This document shows positions 56,064 through 64,000 of a stretch of 64,000 bases of DNA, piece after piece. The position numbers and the translations under genes are program-made. Every line of letters starts with the position of its first letter. The first letter of the stretch is position 1. The stretch is from Eimeria praecox. Taxonomy: Eukaryota. Under the pieces are notes generated by a model. That model did not search any database. It was not told the DNA's origin and was given only the letters and a program-made list of their open reading frames with translations. The stretch lies in assembly GCA_963920595.1 (NCBI GenBank), contig OY986946.1, forward strand, positions 8,742,001-8,806,000, written 5' to 3'.

Positions 56064-56386
56064 TGTATCCTTAGCTGTCTCGGGAGCTGTCTCCTTAGTT
56101 TGATCTGTCTCTGTCTCTGTCTCCTTAATTGTCTCTGTCTCTGTCTCCTCAGCTGTCTCTGGCTCTGTCTCCTCAGCTGTCTCTGTCTCTGTCTCTGTCT
56201 CCTTAACTGTTTCTGTCTCTGTCTCCTTAGCTGTCCCCGTCTCTGTCTCCACAGTTGTCTCTGTCTCTGTCTCCTGAGCTGTCTCTGTCCCTGTCTCACT
56301 GTCTCCTTAACTGTCTCTGTCTCTGTCTCTGTGTCTGTCTCTGTTTGACTGTCTCCTTTGGTGTGTCTGTCTCCTTAGCTGTCTCC
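56064..56386 (+). repeat. CTGTCT-based minisatellite (~24 bp unit CTGTCTCTGTCTCCTTAG-like)
   Basis: Directly visible. The same family occurs in reverse orientation at ~57165-57440 and again at 60318-60442. Confidence 0.88.
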
Positions 56387-56660
56387 ATATTAAGGAGGAG
56401 CAGCGGGGCGTACAGAGCAGCAAACAAACAAATACGGAGACAAGTGCTGCTGCATGCAACGAACAGCAGCAGCAGCAAGACAGACACAACATACACACAG
56501 CATACACACAAAGCCTGCGGGGTTTTGCTGTCTCTGCCGTTGCTGCTGCAGCTGCTGCAGCTGCAGCAGCAGCAGCAGCAGCAGCAGCACCAGAGCGAAC
56601 AGAGTTGATGTATCTCTTTTAACAGAATGAAACCAAAACAAGCATGTAAGGAATTAACAT

Positions 56661-56768
56661 ATAAATAAAATAAAATAAAATAAAATAAATATAAAATAAA
56701 TAAAAGTAAGATAAAATAAAACTAAATTAAATTAAAACAGAAATAAAATAAAATAAATAAAATATAAA
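56661..56768 (+). repeat. (AAAAT)n tract
   Basis: Directly visible. Confidence 0.9.
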
Positions 56769-56957
56769 CAGATATAAAAGGACGTGTAAAGATATAAAGA
56801 AATCTAGAGAACGGATAGAGGGAGACAGCGTCTGAAAGAGGAAGAGCAAATCAACTGTCTCCTTCTGTCTCCTTTATACAGACTGTCTCCAACACCGCAG
56901 CACATGCTGCAGCGGTGCAGAGCTGCTGCTGCTGCTGCTGCATGCAGCAGCCAAAGA

Positions 56958-56991
<34 letters not shown>

Positions 56992-57935
56992 CAACTAGCA
57001 GCAGTAAACTGTCTGGGGCTGTCTCCGCTTCAAAGCCGCAGACTAGCAGACTGCAGCATCCTACAGTTGCTGCTTCTGCTGCTGCTGTCTTTGCTGCTGT
57101 TGCTGCTGTTGTTGTTGGTGCTGCTGCTGCAGCAGCAGACCCTCAAGCTCAGCAACACAGGTAGATAGAGAGAGACAAACAGAGAGAGAGAAATAAATAG
57201 GGAGGCAGCGATAGAGACAGAGAGACAGAGACAGACAGACAGAGAGACAGAGAGACGGAGACAGAGAGGCAGGGGGACAGAAACACACAGACAGACACAC
57301 AGACAGAGAGACAGGGAGACAGAGAGACAGAGATAGAGAGACGGAGACAGAGAGACAGGGAGACAGAGAGACAGAGACAGAGAGACAGAGACAGAGGGAG
57401 AGACAGACGGAGGGACAGAGAGACGGACAAGGAGAGAGACAGGTGATGCACATGTAGAACAGCTAAGCCCCAAATAAATCTAACAAAGATTTATTTGGGG
57501 CTTAGATGTTTTGTCTGTGGGGAAGCAGAGAAGAGACAGACAGCAACACACGAAGAAGCAGAGCAGCCCAAGCAGCAGCAGCAGCAGCACCAGCAGCAAC
57601 AGCAACAGGAGTAGCAGCTGTTGCTGTCTTTGTTGTTGCTGTTGCTGCTGCAGGTGCTGCTGTTGCTGCTGCTGCTGCTGCTACAGGCTCAACGGCTAGG
57701 GAATGTTGCCTGATGTCTCCTGCTGCTGCAGCGGGGCTGCAGCAGTTAGTTAATGCTGCTGCTGCTGCTGTTCGGGTGTATATACACGCAGCAGGGATAA
57801 GAGCCTCAGCTGTCTCTCAAGTGTCTCCTCTCAACCTACTGTCTCCTTTCATATATCTTAATTAACTTATCTTGTCTTACAACATAGTAGAAAGTAGATG
57901 CACAAACGCATGCAGCCCCACAGCTAAATGCAGGC

Positions 57936-57998
57936 AAACCCTAACCCTAAACCCTAAACCCTAGACCCTAAACCCTAAACCCTAAACCCTAAACCCTA
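57936..57998 (+). repeat. Interstitial telomere-like (AAACCCT)n
   Basis: About 9 copies with variants. Confidence 0.96.
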
Positions 57999-58214
57999 GA
58001 TTTAGATGTGTCTCGAACTGTTTTATTAAAGACAGGCAAGAGAAACAACAACAACAGGGAGGAGGCTGTCTCCTTCAGACTGTCTCCTTCAGACTGTCTC
58101 CTTCAGACTGTCTCCTTGTGTCTTAAGACAAGAGAAGAGATTGTCTCCTGGTGTCTTGTCTGTTGTCTTAGGCTCGCCTCTAGACAGAGAGAAACAAACT
58201 AATACCTCCTCTCT

Positions 58215-59275
<1,061 letters not shown>

Positions 59276-59760
59276 TTTTCCTATCTTTGATATCTGAAGA
59301 ACACAAAACAGAGGAGACAGTCTCCTATCTAAAAGCAGCAACGAGATTGGTTGCATGCATATATCTATATCTATATACCTATATCTATATATCTGTATCT
59401 ATATCTATATATCTATATCTATATATCTATATCTATATCTACATCTACATCTATATCTATATCTATATCTATATCTATATCTATATCTATATCTATATCT
59501 ATATCTATATCTATATCTATATCTATATCTATATCTATATATCTATATCTATATCTATATCTATATATTTATATAGATATATCTATATCTGCATCTATAT
59601 CTATCTATCTATATAATCTGTATATATGTAGGAGACAGTCCCTCTCATAGAAGATAGTTTCTTATAAAGGAGACAGTCCCCTAAATAAGAGACAGTTGCT
59701 TATCAAGTTAACTGTCTCCTCTATAAAACCACTCCCCTGTATACAGCTGTCTCCTTCTCT

Positions 59761-59890
59761 AGGAGACAGCCCCTGAGGAGACAGTCCCTGAGGAGACAGT
59801 CCCTGAGGAGACAGCCTCCGAGGAGACAGTCCCTGAGGAGACAGTCCCTGAGGAGACAGTCCCTGAGGAGACAGTCTCCGGGGAGACAGT
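59761..59890 (+). repeat. 15-bp minisatellite (GAGGAGACAGTCCCT), about 9 copies
   Basis: GGAGACAG recurs with an exact 15-bp period from 59762 to 59882. Confidence 0.95.
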
Positions 59891-60134
59891 GGACAGAGCC
59901 CGCCTCAGTCTCTGTGTCAGTAGGAGACAGTCTCCTACACCGTGCGGGGACAGCTAGACTGTCTCCTGTCTCCTGCTGTTAGGGGGCTGTCTCCTCGCTT
60001 AATTTAAAATATATAAATTTATCTTCGTTTGTTTGTTTCTGTTCTAAACAACACACGATAATTTAAGAAACAAAGAAAAGGAGACAGCGCACGCAGACAA
60101 CTGTCCCTTGCTGCTGCTCGTGCAGCAGCACCAA

Positions 60135-60166
<32 letters not shown>

Positions 60167-60447
60167 GCAGTTGCTGCCGTTGCTGTTGCTGTCTGTGTGT
60201 CTGTTTCTGTGCTGTCTATACCTCTGTCTCCTTTACACTGCTTGTCTTCACAGCTGTCTTTATCTTTCTTGAGGAGACAGACTGTCTCCTGTCTCCTCAG
60301 GAAAGAAAGATAGAGACAGCTGTCTCTCTCTCTCTCTCTGCCTCTGTCTGTCTCTCTCTCTCTCTGTCTCTCCCTCTGTCTCTGTCTCTGTCTCTGTCTC
60401 TGTCTCTGTCTCTCTGTCTCCGTCTCTCTGTCTCTGTCTCTCCCTCA

Positions 60448-60519
60448 CTACTTGCAGCGTTCCCAAGGCAGAGGGGGAAGTTGATAGCCAACGAAATAGT
60501 AGGTAGTTGGCTGCGGGCT

Positions 60520-60565
<46 letters not shown>

Positions 60566-60647
60566 TCGTCTCTCTTCTGCTCCTCGTCGTCCTCTCTTCT
60601 CCCCTCAGCCCCACCGCCACCACCAGCACCACCACCAGCACCACCAC

Positions 60648-60687
<40 letters not shown>

Positions 60688-61084
60688 TTGTGGTGGTGGT
60701 GTTGCAGCCCGTAAAGCCTCCGAACAGTCTCTGAGGAATACAGCCAGCCCTGCTGTCCCCTCGAATAGAGAGTAGGGTCTATCGGGTGTATATACAATAT
60801 CTGCGTGTCTCTTGATAGCTTCTAAAGCAAACAATACAGCTCTACGAAGCCAGCGAGGAGAACTGCTGCTGCTGTAGCAGCACAAGAGAGACAGGCCGTT
60901 GCCTCCTATACCGTGACATAACCCCACACCTTTCTTTAATATACCCCGCAACCAAACTGTCTCTCCTACTCTCTCCATCCATAGTAAATATTGTCTTAGG
61001 TCCTCAAACCTTAGAGCTGCTGCTTCTGCTGTGCTGCACCATCGACGTCTGTACAGCTGAGGCACATACTCTTCCTGTTGCTGC

Positions 61085-61119
<35 letters not shown>

Positions 61120-61213
61120 TTGTTGCTGCAAATGGAGAGACGATGATGAAGAAGAAGAGAAAGAAGCAGAACGGCTGTCTCTATGTATGGCCCTACCGCC
61201 TTCCTCTTCCTCC

Positions 61214-61263
<50 letters not shown>

Positions 61264-61647
61264 TTGGGCTAGCAGCACGAATACTTTGTCTCTATGTAGA
61301 TCGAAAGCCCAACAAAGCAGCGGCAGCAGACCTGGGGCCCCATGACACCACTGAACGAGAATATCTCTGCTGCTGCCAATGCTGCTACTTAGATTGCTGC
61401 TGTCTGTAAGGTGATATCGCAGCAACGCCATCAAACACGCAAGACATAATCTTCTTATCCTGTCTCTCAGAGCAGCAGCAGCAGCAACACTGTCTCTACA
61501 GCACAGAAAAGCTGTGGCAGCCCCACAAAACACCCCAATCTCCCTTGTCTCCTTTATAGGTTGCATGCTGCTGCAGACAGAAGCAGAACACGTTAGCACT
61601 CGAGCTGCAGCAGCCTCTGCTTCTTCTCTTGCTGCTGCTTCATCCTT

Positions 61648-61684
<37 letters not shown>

Positions 61685-62402
61685 GAAGAAGCAGCAGAGC
61701 TGGTTCTATCACCACAGACAGAAGAAGCAGAAGCAGATAATGGTGGGGCTGGCGCTGCAGCGGGATCAACACCAGCAGCAGCAGCAGCAGCAGTAGGCCC
61801 TGCTGCATCTCGGCTGCCTGGCCCCGGGAAACAACCTGCAGCAGCAGCATGATAGAGTGTATCGACAGCTTGCAGCAGCTGCAGCAAGACCCCACACACT
61901 CCATGTGCTGCCCCTAAGTATTGTTTATCGTGCCATTCATATAAAAGAGGGAGAGGAGCAGCTTTAGAGAAAGCAGCAGCAGCAGAAGCAGGTAGCTGCT
62001 GCTGTCTCTCCTCTAAACCCCTAACCCCTATCGCACTGTCTCCATTAGCTACTGCTGTTGCATAGCCTTGTGCTGCTAGCTGTCCTACAAGCTGTATAAT
62101 GAGCGTAAGCAGCAACACCCGTGTTGCTGCTCTCTCCCCACACATGCATACACCTGAAGAACAGCTACATCTCCTTCTCTTATGGCTGCTATTATCGATG
62201 CTGCTGCTGCTGCTGCTGCTGCTAATGTTGCTGCAGAAACTACTGAAACTCCTGCTGCTGCTGATGCTGCTGCTGCTGCTGCTGATGCTGCTGCTGCGGC
62301 TGCCATAGTTAAGAGACATAGGTAAGCGAAAACTGCCGCTGCTGCTTTCTAGAGAACGTGTTGTAGCGCGGTGTAGATGTGTCTCTTCTCCCTGTACACT
62401 GC

Positions 62403-62434
<32 letters not shown>

Positions 62435-62480
62435 TTGCTGCTGCTGCTGGTGGTGCTTTCAGAGCAGTCACAGAAGAGAT

Positions 62481-62541
<61 letters not shown>

Positions 62542-62770
62542 AGTAGCAGCTAAACCCGAGAAGAAGGAAGAACAAACAGGGGGAGGAGGAGGCAGCCACA
62601 GAGATCTAGTAAACAACAAAGCATACAACAGCCCCGCCCGTCCATAGAGAAGCTCGCACTCATCGGGTTGCATGCGAGGGATTGCTGCAGCAGCAGCAGC
62701 AGCAAGCCGACGCAGCACAGAGAATGCCTCCCGCTGCAGGCAACAACACCACACAGAAAGAATGCTAGAC

Positions 62771-62834
<64 letters not shown>

Positions 62835-62905
62835 CTGGGGAACGAACCCATTCGCAGACAAGTTCTCAGATAAAGAGTAGTCAACAGACATTTAGCAGCA
62901 CTCCT

Positions 62906-62943
<38 letters not shown>

Positions 62944-63241
62944 CAACATACGGTAAGCAGCAGCAGCAGCACCAACAAAGAACAGCTACTGCAGCAGCAG
63001 AACGAGCAGAGAAGAGACAGCAGCAGAATCATCATCATCATCATCAGCAGCAGCAGGAACATCAGCAGCAGCAGCAGCAGCAGCAGCAGCTGCTGCTGCT
63101 GCTGCTGCATGAATCTTTGCTGCTTACCTCTCTCTTTAAAAGATGGAGGGCGACAGCAGTAAGCGCCAGACGCCCCACATATCCAGTTAGAAATGTGAAA
63201 CGACGACGCAGAGATTTTGTTGCTGCTTCTGCTTCTGCTGC

Positions 63242-63276
<35 letters not shown>

Positions 63277-63604
63277 TGTCTCCTCCTTCTCTCTCTGTAG
63301 TAGTAGTAGGAGATAAGATAGAGAGCGCTTTCTCTAAAGCTTGTTCTGCTTCTTTCCACATTATAGCAACCTCTTCAGCTGTTCTAGAATCCCCCAACAA
63401 ACCCTCTGCTGCTGCTGCTGATGCTGCTGCTGCTTCTGCTGCTGCTGCTGATGGTGCTGCTGCTCCTGCTGCTGCTGCTGCTGATGGTGCTGCTTCTTCC
63501 CTGGTGGCTGTCTGCAGAGAGCAGCTCTTCGCCTCTGCTGCAGCAATTAACCTCTCTGCCTTCCTAGAAACAAACCCACAAAGCAGCAGCAGCACACAAC
63601 ACTC

Positions 63605-63645
<41 letters not shown>

Positions 63646-63761
63646 GCAGCAACAACAACACGATAAGAACTACACCTGCAAAAGCAGCACAGTGTAAACC
63701 AACAGCTATCCAGCAGCAGCAGCAGCAGCAATAGCAACAGCAACATCAGCAGCAACAGCAA

Positions 63762-63798
<37 letters not shown>

Positions 63799-64000
63799 CA
63801 TACCTTATATAGACATAGGCTACCCCTGCGTCTCCGGAGTAGATACACCCCGGGATAGAGGATTCATTATCTGAGAGCCTCTCCATATAATCTGCAGCTG
63901 AATCAAGAAGATCTGCAAGAGACAGCAAACTGCTGCTGCTGCTGCTGCTGCTGCTGCTTATCGCTGCTGTTGCTGCTGTTGCTGCTGCCACACGATCACG
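60448..64000 (-). CDS. LANCL: LanC-like protein (lanthionine synthetase C-like, LANCL family); 5' end lies beyond the window
   Basis: Exons >64000-63804, 63563-63128 and 62733-60448 join in phase. GxxG repeats: IYSGDAGVAY, FLTGYVG, ELLYGRAGLL, EWHDKQYLGAAHGVCG, VQWCHGAPG, VWLRGILKKGVGLCHGIGGN, PDRPYSLFEGTAG. Confidence 0.95.

Overview
Eukaryotic, intron-rich DNA. (CAG)n tracts, telomere-like (AAACCCT)n, tandem TGCATGCA, a rhoptry-type gene and chromovirus relics together point to a coccidian apicomplexan, most likely Eimeria (inference). The window has two compositional halves. The repeat-poor part (~1-46,450) holds the 3' end of an RG-rich gene, an unknown minus-strand gene, decayed Ty3/Gypsy retrotransposon relics, proteasome subunit RPN1 (with a 200-N assembly gap), a large RON3-like gene, a ubiquitin-like-domain type II PI4-kinase and SHMT. 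The repeat-rich part (~46,500-64,000) holds a four-TM LAPTM-like gene, a Gln-rich unknown gene, an intronless calmodulin/myosin-light-chain-like gene and a 5'-truncated LanC-like gene inflated by homopolymer runs. Gene models were built by hand from GT/GC-AG sites and frame continuity. No searches were run, so family calls rest on recognised motifs. I found no clear new multi-gene system. The best leads are the pervasive GGAGACAG motif, the homopolymer-inflated LanCL, two probable GC-AG introns in SHMT, three diverged paralogous segments around the chromovirus, and the uncharacterised genes.
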